Origin: Thermoanaerobaculia bacterium
Lineage (GTDB): Bacteria; Acidobacteriota; Thermoanaerobaculia; Multivoradales; Multivoraceae
Reading direction: 5' to 3'
Length of the DNA stretch: 64,000 nt
Assembly: GCA_963664405.1 (NCBI GenBank)
Contig: OY761158.1
Coordinates: 3,072,001-3,136,000, forward strand
The position numbers and the translations under genes are program-made. Below the pieces are notes generated by a model. That model was not told where the DNA came from and made no database searches. It was given only the letters and a program-made list of their open reading frames with translations. Of this stretch, positions 29,831 through 39,208 are shown piece by piece. Every line of letters begins with the position of its first letter. Within the stretch, counting starts at the first letter, position 1.

Positions 29831-31432
29831 CCCCAGGCGCTCCATCGCCAGCCGACGCAGCCCCTTATAGTCGACCTTTCCCGACGGCGACCGGCCGATG
29901 GAGTCGACCTGGAGGACTCGCTTCGGCGCCTTGTAGTGGGCGAGCTCTTGCTTGACCCAACTGATGATGTCCGCTTCTTCGGGCTCGCCCTGGCACTCGA
30001 CGAGTGCGGTGATGGCCTCTCCGAAACGCTCGTCAGGGACTCCGACGCAGACCGCGTCGGTGACCGCGTCGTGCTTCTTGAGCACTTCCTCGACTTCCTC
30101 GGGGAAGACCTTCTCGCCGCCGGTGTTGATGCACACCGAGCCGCGGCCCAAGAGGGTGATGGAGCCGTCGGCCTCGATGGTGGCGTAGTCGCCGGCTACC
30201 GAATAGCGCACTCCGTTGATGACCGGAAAGGTGCGCGCCGACTTCTCTTCGTCTTTGTAGTAGCCAACCGGCAGGTTGCCGCTTACGGCGATGCGCCCGC
30301 CGCCGCCGCTTCCCGGCTCGAGGATGTTGCCGTCGTCGTCGATGACCACCGCGGCGTCGCTGAGTGTGAACCTGGCCGTCTTCTCGGCATCCGAGCCGGT
30401 CGACTCCGAGCTTCCCATGCTGAGCGCTTCGGTGGAGCCGAGAGCATCGCGGAGCATCATCTCGGGGTTGTGGTTCAACAGACCGCGTTTCAGCTCCTGG
30501 CTCCACATCACTCCCGAAGAGCTCATCATAATCAAGCTGGAAATGTCCCATCGGCCGGGATTGTCGTCCAGCGCTTGCACCAGGGGTCGCGCAAACGCGT
30601 CTCCGACGATCGCCGTACCCTCGATCTTGTTGCGCTCGATGGCGTCGAGCATCTCGGCGGCGTCGAAGCGGCGGCCGGTAAGAGTGACGACGGTGCCGCC
30701 GTTGACCAGGGTCAGAAGGCTGGTCATCAGCCCGGTGCCGTGCATCTGGGGGCTGGCAGGCAGTGAGATGCGACCGGGGCCTTCTTCCACTTTCTGCCGC
30801 AGGATGCCGTCCATGCCGTTGTCGGTGTTGTAGGGCTCGGGGACGCGGTTCCGGTTGTAGATCCGAAAGAGGTCGTCCTGCCGCCACATGACTCCCTTGG
30901 GCATGCCGGTGGTACCGCCGGTGTAGAGCAGGAGCAGATCGTCTCCGTCACGCTCCCAGCGGGTCGCGGGTTTGCGCCCTGAAGTCGCGGCCTCCTCGTA
31001 GCCCTGAGCCCAGGTGGGGCAGGGACCGGTGTCGTCGTCGACCCACAGCCAGCAGCGCACTTTCGGCAGACGGGAGCGAATACCTTCGATCCGTTCGGTG
31101 AAGGTACCGTGAAAAACAACGACCTCGACGTCGGCATTGTCCCATAGGTAGAGGAGCTCGGTGTCCTGGTAGCGGTAGTTGGTATTGACCGGCACCAGGG
31201 CGACCTTGAATGCAGCAACGATGCTCTCCAGGTATTCTGGGCAGTTGTAGAGGTATTGAGCCACTTTCGCCTGGCGCTCGACTCCGGCATCGAGGAGAGC
31301 GGCGGCGAGCGCATCACCACGCTGGTCGAGCTCGGCCCAGCTGATGTGTCGCGAGCCGTGGATCTGTGCCGTCGCCTGAGGATTTGCCCGGGCCGAAGCC
31401 TCGAACATGTCTGCAAAGTTCCACCCGCTCAT
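29807..31432 (-). CDS. Acyl-CoA synthetase (FadD19-like)
   Basis: LYTGGTTGMPKGVMW, GSTE, GRGSVCINTGGEKVFPEEVE, RSPSGK. Confidence 0.93.
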   Translation of the reverse strand: MSGWNFADMFEASARANPQATAQIHGSRHISWAELDQRGDALAAALLDAGVERQAKVAQYLYNCPEYLESIVAAFKVALVPVNTNYRYQDTELLYLWDNADVEVVVFHGTFTERIEGIRSRLPKVRCWLWVDDDTGPCPTWAQGYEEAATSGRKPATRWERDGDDLLLLYTGGTTGMPKGVMWRQDDLFRIYNRNRVPEPYNTDNGMDGILRQKVEEGPGRISLPASPQMHGTGLMTSLLTLVNGGTVVTLTGRRFDAAEMLDAIERNKIEGTAIVGDAFARPLVQALDDNPGRWDISSLIMMSSSGVMWSQELKRGLLNHNPEMMLRDALGSTEALSMGSSESTGSDAEKTARFTLSDAAVVIDDDGNILEPGSGGGGRIAVSGNLPVGYYKDEEKSARTFPVINGVRYSVAGDYATIEADGSITLLGRGSVCINTGGEKVFPEEVEEVLKKHDAVTDAVCVGVPDERFGEAITALVECQGEPEEADIISWVKQELAHYKAPKRVLQVDSIGRSPSGKVDYKGLRRLAMERLGEEVRSKK

Positions 31433-31526
31433 TGACTCATGCTCCTCGGGGACAAGTGCGCCTCCGGCGTGTGGTCTCGAATGTTTGACTCTTGGATGCA
31501 GGAGCTTAGCTCGAATTCATTCTCGA

Positions 31527-32576
31527 GTGAACCGGTGCCGGGCACTTCGTAGGCTCTTTGTCGTTGTGGCATGTCTCCTCCCATCGGCTCGGCTGCCGGG
31601 AGAAGAGCTGCCCTTTCGGGAGACGCGAGAGGCGATGGGTACGAGCTTCGAGATCAGGCTCTATGCAGAAAGCTCCGATCTTGCGACGCAGCAGCTCGCA
31701 CTCGCCTTTGCCGAGATCGAACGAGTCGAGGCCGCCCTCAGTCACTACCGGCCCACCAGCGAGATCTCTCGTATCAACGTCGCGGCCCCGTCGGGACCCG
31801 TGACAACCGACCCCGAGGTGTTCTCTCTTCTCGCTCGCGGCCGCGCTCTCTCCGTGCGCAGCGACGGAGCCTTCGATCTGACTCTCGGGCAGTTGGTGAA
31901 GAAGTGGGGCTTCCTGCGTGGAGAAGGGCGGATGCCGTCGTCGGTCGAGATCCTCGAGGCGCGGTCTCAGTCGGGCTGGCAACATCTCGAGCTTCGTCCC
32001 TCGGAGCGCTCGGTTCGCTTCCTCCGCGCGGGTCTCACACTCGATCTCAGCTCGGTGGGAAAGGGCTACGCTCTCGATCGGGCGGCCTCCGTTCTGCGAT
32101 CGCAGGGGGTCGTGACAGCTTTGCTTGGCGGAGGTCAGAGCAGCTATGTCGCGGTCGGTTCGCCCCCAGGAGAGAGCGGTTGGCTGGTGACAATCTCGTC
32201 GACATCCGAGGACGAGGGCGTGGTATCTCAGGTCCGGCTGCATGACGCTGCGCTCTCGACCTCCGGCGCGCTGGGGAAGTTCTTTGAGCTGGACGGTCGT
32301 CGCTATGGGCATATCTTGGATCCGCGGACCGGTTGGCCGGTGGAGACCCTGGCGCAGGTGAGTGTGGTGGCGTCCGATGGAGAGCTGAGCGACACCCTGG
32401 CGACAACCTTCGTCGTTTTGGGCGCGGACTCAGCGCCGCCGTTGGCGCGTGAGCTGGGCGTGCGGGTTCTCTTCGTCGATGAGGCTGGGGGGGCGCCAGG
32501 GCTGACCAAAATCGATTGGCCTCCTGAGTGGGCGGTCGAGAGGGTAAGATCGCCAGCTGTAGAGAGCCCACAGTGA
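31527..32576 (+). CDS. apbE: FAD:protein FMN transferase
   Basis: AMGT, SEISRIN, GAFD.T, DLSSVGKGYA.D, STSG, HILDPRTG. Start position uncertain. Confidence 0.88.
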   Translation: MNRCRALRRLFVVVACLLPSARLPGEELPFRETREAMGTSFEIRLYAESSDLATQQLALAFAEIERVEAALSHYRPTSEISRINVAAPSGPVTTDPEVFSLLARGRALSVRSDGAFDLTLGQLVKKWGFLRGEGRMPSSVEILEARSQSGWQHLELRPSERSVRFLRAGLTLDLSSVGKGYALDRAASVLRSQGVVTALLGGGQSSYVAVGSPPGESGWLVTISSTSEDEGVVSQVRLHDAALSTSGALGKFFELDGRRYGHILDPRTGWPVETLAQVSVVASDGELSDTLATTFVVLGADSAPPLARELGVRVLFVDEAGGAPGLTKIDWPPEWAVERVRSPAVESPQ

Positions 32577-33829
32577 TGAATCGACGCGAGTTTCTGCACG
32601 GGATGTCCCGGGGCGCAGCCGGCCTGTCGGCCCTCGGCATGACCGGCGCCTGGGCCTCGCCCGCGCGAGCCGCGGTCGCACCTTCGGACCAGATCCGGCT
32701 CGGCGTGATCGGTCCCGGAAACCGCGGCAAGGACATGATGCGTCACTTTCTGCGCGTGCCGGGGGTTCATGTCGCCGCACTCTGTGACATCTATGAGCCT
32801 CGCTTCGCCGAGGGTCGTCGTGTCACGGGTGAGAGTACGCCGGTCTACACCGACTACCGCCGCATGCTCGAAGGCGCTCACGAGCTCGACGCGGTTCTCA
32901 TCGCCACTCCCTTGGATCGTCATGCCGAGCACGTCCTTGGTTGCCTCGATGCCGGGCTTCACGTGTACGGCGAGAAAGCGATGGCCTTCACTGTCGAGGA
33001 GTGCGATGCGGTGGTGCGGGCGGTGCGCAACAGCGGCCGCCGCTATCAAGTGGGCCATCAGTATCGCTACGCGCCCTGGTACCGGCAGGCGGTCGAGCGC
33101 ATCGGGCGCGGCGAGATCGGCAAGGTAACCCACATCTATGCCTACTGGCATCGCAACTTCAACTGGCGGCGGCCGATACCTGATCCTTCACTCGAGCGGC
33201 TGATCAACTGGAGGCTCTACCACGAGTATTCCGGCGGGCTGCTTGCAGAGCTCGGCTCCCATCATCTCGACCTGGCCAACTGGATCTTCGATGAGATGCC
33301 GCATTCGGCCCAGGGCAGCGGCGGTATCGACTTCTATAAAGACGGTCGAGAGGTCCTCGACAACATTCAGGTGCTGTTCGACTACCCCAGTGGCGGAACC
33401 CTTTTCTTCAGCTCGATCACCGGCAACCACCGAGCCGGTTTTCAGATCCAGATCTATGGCACCGGCGGAACCGTCGAGCTCACCCTGCAAGACGGCTTCT
33501 TCTATTACGAGCCGAAGCGGGCCAACTCGGCGGTACCCAGCGATTCGACCGACGAAGGTGTCGTCACGACTCCCTCGCTGAGTACCAGCAGCGATATGCC
33601 CTATCGCGGTCCGGGCCTACCGATCGAGGTGCCGGCGGAGGAGAGTGCCGACCCCAGCTTTCTCTCTGCGAAGGCTTTTGTCGACAGCCTGCGCCAAGAG
33701 AGCCGACCCTTCGCCGACGAGGAAGTGGGTTGGTCCTCGGCGGTGCCGATGATTCTCGGCAACCAGGCTATTCGTAGCGGCAATCGCGTCGACTTTAGGG
33801 ATATGGCCGGGGTTTCGTCGGGCTCTTGA
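32576..33829 (+). CDS. Tat-exported Gfo/Idh/MocA oxidoreductase
   Basis: RREFL, IGPGNRG, YGEKAM, GHQYR, ELGSHHLD. Confidence 0.92.
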   Translation: MNRREFLHGMSRGAAGLSALGMTGAWASPARAAVAPSDQIRLGVIGPGNRGKDMMRHFLRVPGVHVAALCDIYEPRFAEGRRVTGESTPVYTDYRRMLEGAHELDAVLIATPLDRHAEHVLGCLDAGLHVYGEKAMAFTVEECDAVVRAVRNSGRRYQVGHQYRYAPWYRQAVERIGRGEIGKVTHIYAYWHRNFNWRRPIPDPSLERLINWRLYHEYSGGLLAELGSHHLDLANWIFDEMPHSAQGSGGIDFYKDGREVLDNIQVLFDYPSGGTLFFSSITGNHRAGFQIQIYGTGGTVELTLQDGFFYYEPKRANSAVPSDSTDEGVVTTPSLSTSSDMPYRGPGLPIEVPAEESADPSFLSAKAFVDSLRQESRPFADEEVGWSSAVPMILGNQAIRSGNRVDFRDMAGVSSGS

Positions 33830-33849
33830 CGGGCAAGGGAGGAGACGCG

Positions 33850-34635
33850 GTGTGGAGGGCACTCCTGATTGTCGTGGTCCTGGTCGCCTGCTCCGCTGAG
33901 GATGCCGAAATGAGTGTTCATTCCCGCACAGCGCCCCGGTCCCTTGAAGCGGGCTCCGATCCGGAGCGGCGCACCGATTGGGCCGTGCTCTTCGACGGTG
34001 AGAGCTTTGCCGGCTGGAGGGGCCTGGGTCTGGAAGAAGTCCCCTCCGGTCACTGGCGGATCGAGGAAGGTGCCCTCCGCAAGGTAGCGAGCGGCGAGGT
34101 CCCGACCGCTGCCGACGGCCAGCCTCTTGAAGGAGGAGACTTGATGACCAAGGATGCCTGGGGAGCCTTCGAGCTCGCATGGGAATGGAAGGTGGCCCCC
34201 GGCGCGAACAGTGGCATCAAGTACAACGTGTCTGAGGCGATGTCGACGGCCAACGAGCCGGCTCGTGCCGCGCTCGGCTTCGAGTACCAGATTCTGGACG
34301 ACGATCTTCACCCCGACGCCAAGAATGGCGAAAACCGCACCGCCGGCGCTCTTTATGACCTTTTTGCTCCGAGCTCGTCGAAGCGGCTGCGAGCCGTTGG
34401 CGACTGGAACGAGGCGCGTATCGTCTTTGACGGCGCTCACGGTGAGCACTGGCTCAACGGCGAGAAGGTTCTCGAGTACGACCTCGACAGTACCGACTTC
34501 GCGGCCAGCCTCGAGGCGAGTAAGTATCAGCCTGTCGAGGGCTTCGCGGCGCCGCGTCGCGGACATATCGTTCTGCAAGACCACGGTGACGACGTGTGGT
34601 TTCGCAATCTACGGCTTCGGGAGGTGGCGCCATGA
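33850..34635 (+). CDS. DUF1080 (3-keto-disaccharide hydrolase) lipoprotein
   Basis: LVAC lipobox, LFDG...GW, NSGIKY, EYQILDD, GHIVLQDHG..VWFRN. Confidence 0.9.
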   Translation: MWRALLIVVVLVACSAEDAEMSVHSRTAPRSLEAGSDPERRTDWAVLFDGESFAGWRGLGLEEVPSGHWRIEEGALRKVASGEVPTAADGQPLEGGDLMTKDAWGAFELAWEWKVAPGANSGIKYNVSEAMSTANEPARAALGFEYQILDDDLHPDAKNGENRTAGALYDLFAPSSSKRLRAVGDWNEARIVFDGAHGEHWLNGEKVLEYDLDSTDFAASLEASKYQPVEGFAAPRRGHIVLQDHGDDVWFRNLRLREVAP

Positions 34636-36005
34636 GCTCGTCGATAACACGTCGGCATCTCCTCGGGAGCAGCGCCTGGGTGGGCTTCGGTCTCGCCGCG
34701 CTCGGTCCCGGCCGAGCGGCCAGGAGTGCGGTGGCGGCGAGCGACCGCTTGCGGGTGGCGGTGATGGGTGTCAACTCTCGTGGGCTGGCGCTTGCGAAGT
34801 CCTTCGCTTCCGCTCGCGGCGCCGAGGTGACCTACATTGCGGACGTGGACACCCGAGCTACGGAGCTGGCAATCGCTGCGGTGAGTGAGAAGCGAGAGGT
34901 CGAGATCGATGGCGCCCTCGCCAAGCTCCCCGCTCTCCAGACGAGAGCACCCCGCGGCATCTCGGATTTCCGCCGCGCGCTCGAAGACCCCGACGTCGAT
35001 GCCCTGGTCATCGCCGCACCCGACCACTGGCACGCGCCGGCAACGAATTTGGCACTGCAGGCGGGCAAGCATGTCTACGTCGAGAAGCCGTGCGGCCACA
35101 ACCCCCGTGAAGGCGAGATCCTGGTCGAGGCGCAGCGTCGCCACGGGTTGGTGGTGCAAATGGGGAATCAGCAGCGCTCGGCTCCTGAGTCGATCGAGGT
35201 CATCACCGCGATTCGCGAGGGACTCATCGGCCGCCCTTACTATGCACGCTGTTGGTACGCCAATACTCGTGGCCCTATCGGGCGCGGCCAGCCTGCAGCC
35301 GTGCCGGAGTGGCTCGACTACGATCTCTGGCAGGGGCCGGCTCCGCGTCGCGAGTATCGCGACAATGTCATCCACTACAACTGGCATTGGTTCTGGGATT
35401 GGGGCACCGGAGAGATCTGCAACAACGGCACCCACGAGATCGATGTCTGTCGCTGGGCGCTGGGAGTGGACTACCCTGATAAAGTGACTTCGGCCGGCGG
35501 TCGCTACCACTTCGACGACGATTGGGAGGCCTTCGACACCCAGATCGCCACCTATGACTTTGGTCGCGACGGGACGATCATCTGGGAGGGACGTAGCTGC
35601 AATGGCCTGCCGGTCGAGGGCCGCGGGCGTGGATCGTCGATCCATGGCGAGAAGGGGTCAGTGATCCTCGATCGCGAGGGCTACGTCGTCTACGACAACG
35701 ACAACAACGAGATCAGGCGCAATCTGGTCGGCGAGACTGACAGCGCCCTGGATACGCAGGGTGGCGGTGCGATGACAGATCGCCACATAGGGAACTTCCT
35801 TGCCGCGGTGCGGGGAGAGGAGTCCCTTCGTGGACCTATCGACGAGGGCCACAAGAGCGTGCTGCTCTGCCATCTTGGAAACATCGCCCAGCGTCTGGGT
35901 CGGAGCCTCGACTGCGATCCGGCGACGGGCAACATCTTGGGTGATCGGGAAGCGATGCGGCTGTGGAGCCGCGACTACGAGCCTGGATGGGAGTTGAGGC
36001 TATGA
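34632..36005 (+). CDS. Tat-exported Gfo/Idh/MocA oxidoreductase
   Basis: TRRHLL, PDHWHA, YVEKP, QMGNQQRS, WHWFWDWGTGE..NNGTHEID. Confidence 0.92.
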   Translation: MSSSITRRHLLGSSAWVGFGLAALGPGRAARSAVAASDRLRVAVMGVNSRGLALAKSFASARGAEVTYIADVDTRATELAIAAVSEKREVEIDGALAKLPALQTRAPRGISDFRRALEDPDVDALVIAAPDHWHAPATNLALQAGKHVYVEKPCGHNPREGEILVEAQRRHGLVVQMGNQQRSAPESIEVITAIREGLIGRPYYARCWYANTRGPIGRGQPAAVPEWLDYDLWQGPAPRREYRDNVIHYNWHWFWDWGTGEICNNGTHEIDVCRWALGVDYPDKVTSAGGRYHFDDDWEAFDTQIATYDFGRDGTIIWEGRSCNGLPVEGRGRGSSIHGEKGSVILDREGYVVYDNDNNEIRRNLVGETDSALDTQGGGAMTDRHIGNFLAAVRGEESLRGPIDEGHKSVLLCHLGNIAQRLGRSLDCDPATGNILGDREAMRLWSRDYEPGWELRL

Positions 36006-38956
36006 GCTCGGGCCGCCTGCGCGTCGTCGCGTCGATTCTCCTCGCTCTGGCCGCTGGCTGGCTCCCGGCGCAGCAGCCCGCGCCTCCGCGACCAGGGGCG
36101 GCAGATTCCGCGCCCGACGACTTTCTGGAAAGCTTCACCTGGCATCCCGGCGGAACACGCGAAGCCGATATGTGGCAGGTGCTGATTCTGTTCGGAGTCG
36201 GCGACCCTGCCGGCGAGGTTTGGGATGGCAGTCTCGAGATTCGTGGCGGCGACATCCTCGCGATCGATGCCCATCGCCAGGAGCCGCCCGATCGCATCCT
36301 GCCCCAGGGTGGCTGGAAGCTGACGACCCAGGCCATCAGAGTCATGCTGGGGTCTTCGGTCTCGCATCTGCCAAGGGTCACGCTCGAGGACGATGTCCTC
36401 TCGAAAGGTTTGTGGGTTCGCGGCAGCGGTAGCGGCGCGACCCAGATCTCGATTACGACCGAGCAGGGTGACTTCTCCTTCAGGCCGATGACCATGGATT
36501 TCGGTCCCTGGCAGAGACCTCTCGAAGGGCGGGTCGCGATCCAGCGCACTCCGCCGGCGACCGATCTCTCCGGAACCGAGCTCCGCCAGCATGATTCGCC
36601 TGCGATCACCGCCGATTCGGAAGGCACCCTCTTCACCACCTGGTACAGCTATCACGACCGCCGCGAAGAGTTGAACTTCCGCCGCTATCACCAGGGCCGT
36701 TGGTCGCGGCTCATCAACGTCGGTCGCGCAGCGGAAGACCTCTGGCGGCCGCAGGTCGTCACCGATGAGAGCAACAAACCGTGGCTGATCTATTCGCAGC
36801 GGCCGTCGAGCGATGGGCCTGGGAACTGGGACATCTATGCGATGGCCTGGGAAGACGACGAGTGGGGGCCCCAGCTCCGCCTGAGCGAGAATCCCTTACC
36901 CGACATCGAGCCTCATGTCGCCAGGGCCGGCGACGGCACTGTCTATGTCGTGTGGCAGTCGTTGGTCGGACGTCACTCCCAGATTCGGCTCAAGTATCTG
37001 CGGGATGGCCGCTGGTCGGAGTCGGTATCGGTCACCAATACGACCGCCAACGACTGGGAGCCGGCGGTCGCCGGCGGAAGCGACGGCACGGCGTGGATCG
37101 TTTGGGATCGATACACCACCGGTCCGAGCGGGAACTACGACGTGCTTGCGCGCACTTTCTCTCCGAGCGCTGGACTCGGCGCCGAGATGCCGATTGCGAC
37201 GACCACCCGATTCGAGGCGCATTCGTCGATCGCCATCGACAAGCAAGGACGCCCATGGGTCGCCTGGGAGACTTCTGGCGTCGGCTGGGGCAAAGACCTC
37301 GGTTTCGATATTGGCGACGTTCAGCCGGGAACGCCCTTGGGTGCCGCCCGCCGCATCGAGGTCGTTTGCTACGACGGTGGTCAGTGGAAAACCCCGGCGG
37401 CGGTGGAGTTCGACGATCCGCTGGCCAAGGGGACCACCGGGGAGAGCCGTCCGCAGCTCTTCTTCGATCCGGATGGCAATCTGTGGATGTCGCTCAAGCG
37501 TCGCTACAGTCGCCGCTCGTATCGTCCCACCCATTACTGGGAGTACTCTCTGACTCGTCTCGACGGCGCCGAGTGGACCGACCCGGTGACATTGCCGCGG
37601 AGTTGGTCGCGCAAGAGCACCCGCATGGGAACAGCCGTTGCCGACGGTCGCTTGTGGGCGTTTTGGCCCGATGAGAGCCGGCAGTGGACCTTTGCCAATC
37701 GCCCTAGACTGAATCGCGTTGTCGGCGGCTCACTGGAGCTGCCGGGGCCGGGTGCCGCGCCGCGGCTGACTCCTTATCGGCCACCGCCGGGGGAGTCCCG
37801 CCCCGACTCGCACCCCACCGAAGTGGACGATGTCCGCTTCATCCGTAACTACCGCGCCGAGCACGAGGGTGAGAGCCTACGCATCGTGCGTGGCGATCTG
37901 CACCGACACACCGAGCTCTCGCAAGACGGGGGTGGAGTCGACGACGGATCGCTGCCCGAGTTCTACCGTTACATGATCGACGCCGCGGAGATGGACTTCG
38001 GCGCTTCCACCGACCATCAGGCCGGCGGGACCGACTTCTGGAACACGATGACCCAGAAGATGGCTGATATGTACCACTTCCCCGACCGCTTCTCGACGCT
38101 CTACGGGTACGAGCGCAATCTGGGCAATCCCTTCGGTCACCGCAACCTCATCTACACCCACCGCAACTATCCAATCGTGCCTTTCTTCATCCCCATGCAT
38201 CCGCGCTTCTTGCTCCCCGAAAGTCCCGACGGCGAGCTGCTGACCATGGGCTCGGCTGCCTTCGGCGCCGGAGTGCGCAACGAGACCAAGCTGATGTTCG
38301 ACATTGCCAGAGAGACCGGCGGGATATCGATCCCGCACACCTCGGGCACCAACTCCATGGGCACCGATTGGCGCGACAACGATCCCGAAGTCGAGCCGGT
38401 CGCCGAGATCTATCAGGGCGCACGTCAGAACTACGAGCACAAGAACGCACCCCGCGGCATTCGCGATGGCGAGGAGGCCGACGCCCTCGGCGGCTTCCAG
38501 GAGGCCGGCATGATGTGGAATGCCTGGAACAAGGGATACCGACTCGGCGTCATCGCCAGCTCGGACCACTTCTCGACCCACATCTCCTATGCGATGGTCT
38601 ACACCCCTGATACCGGTCGCCAGTCGATCCACGACTCGATTCGCAAGCGTCACACCTACGGCGCTACCGACAACATCGTGCTCGACTTCCGAATGGGAGA
38701 GGCGTTCATGGGTGAGGAGATCCGCGCCGCCGAGCCCCAACAGATTCGGGTTCGAGCGCGAGGAACCAACGACATCGCGGCCATTCACCTGATTCGCGAT
38801 GCCACCTATATCTACAAGATCGAGCCTGGTAAGGCCGAGGTCGAGTTCGAGTTTCTCGACAGCGAAGCCCCGTCCGGCGACCATTGGTACTACGTTCGCG
38901 TGGAGCAGATCGACGGCGAGCTGGCCTGGTCGAGCCCAATCTGGATCACCCACTAG
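36002..38956 (+). CDS. Secreted beta-propeller plus PHP-type metallohydrolase (DUF3604/CehA-like)
   Basis: GDLHRHT, TDH, GHRN, IPHT, SSDH and YYVRVEQ.DG..AWSSPIW motifs. Confidence 0.8.
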   Translation: MSSGRLRVVASILLALAAGWLPAQQPAPPRPGAADSAPDDFLESFTWHPGGTREADMWQVLILFGVGDPAGEVWDGSLEIRGGDILAIDAHRQEPPDRILPQGGWKLTTQAIRVMLGSSVSHLPRVTLEDDVLSKGLWVRGSGSGATQISITTEQGDFSFRPMTMDFGPWQRPLEGRVAIQRTPPATDLSGTELRQHDSPAITADSEGTLFTTWYSYHDRREELNFRRYHQGRWSRLINVGRAAEDLWRPQVVTDESNKPWLIYSQRPSSDGPGNWDIYAMAWEDDEWGPQLRLSENPLPDIEPHVARAGDGTVYVVWQSLVGRHSQIRLKYLRDGRWSESVSVTNTTANDWEPAVAGGSDGTAWIVWDRYTTGPSGNYDVLARTFSPSAGLGAEMPIATTTRFEAHSSIAIDKQGRPWVAWETSGVGWGKDLGFDIGDVQPGTPLGAARRIEVVCYDGGQWKTPAAVEFDDPLAKGTTGESRPQLFFDPDGNLWMSLKRRYSRRSYRPTHYWEYSLTRLDGAEWTDPVTLPRSWSRKSTRMGTAVADGRLWAFWPDESRQWTFANRPRLNRVVGGSLELPGPGAAPRLTPYRPPPGESRPDSHPTEVDDVRFIRNYRAEHEGESLRIVRGDLHRHTELSQDGGGVDDGSLPEFYRYMIDAAEMDFGASTDHQAGGTDFWNTMTQKMADMYHFPDRFSTLYGYERNLGNPFGHRNLIYTHRNYPIVPFFIPMHPRFLLPESPDGELLTMGSAAFGAGVRNETKLMFDIARETGGISIPHTSGTNSMGTDWRDNDPEVEPVAEIYQGARQNYEHKNAPRGIRDGEEADALGGFQEAGMMWNAWNKGYRLGVIASSDHFSTHISYAMVYTPDTGRQSIHDSIRKRHTYGATDNIVLDFRMGEAFMGEEIRAAEPQQIRVRARGTNDIAAIHLIRDATYIYKIEPGKAEVEFEFLDSEAPSGDHWYYVRVEQIDGELAWSSPIWITH

Positions 38957-39129
38957 ACCAGCGTTTCCAAAGTTCGTGTACATAGCTCGAGGTCATTCTG
39001 TTTGCTGGCAAGGCGCACCGACGCAGGCATATTGGGAATATGTCGAGGAGCGGGGGGGCGCCTAGCCAACGCAGCCAGCGAGCAGAAGGGGCCGAGATCT
39101 GTGCGCGAACTTTGGAAACGCTGGTCTAG
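38953..39129 (+). mobile_element. 177-bp MITE, copy 1
   Basis: CTAGACCAGCGTTTCCAAAGTTCG...CGAACTTTGGAAACGCTGGTCTAG. Confidence 0.88.
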
Positions 39130-39148
39130 GACCGAGAAGGGCTGAGCC

Positions 39149-39205
39149 ATGGCCTGGGATTTTGAGACCGACCCCGAATTCCAGCGCGAGCTGTATTGGC
39201 GATAG
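39149..39205 (+). pseudogene. Micro-remnant of an acyl-CoA dehydrogenase start
   Basis: MAWDFETDPEFQRELYW* resembles the MAWDF..DPEFQ..LDW N-terminus of FadE-type enzymes (recalled from memory). Confidence 0.5.
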
Positions 39206-39208
39206 GAG

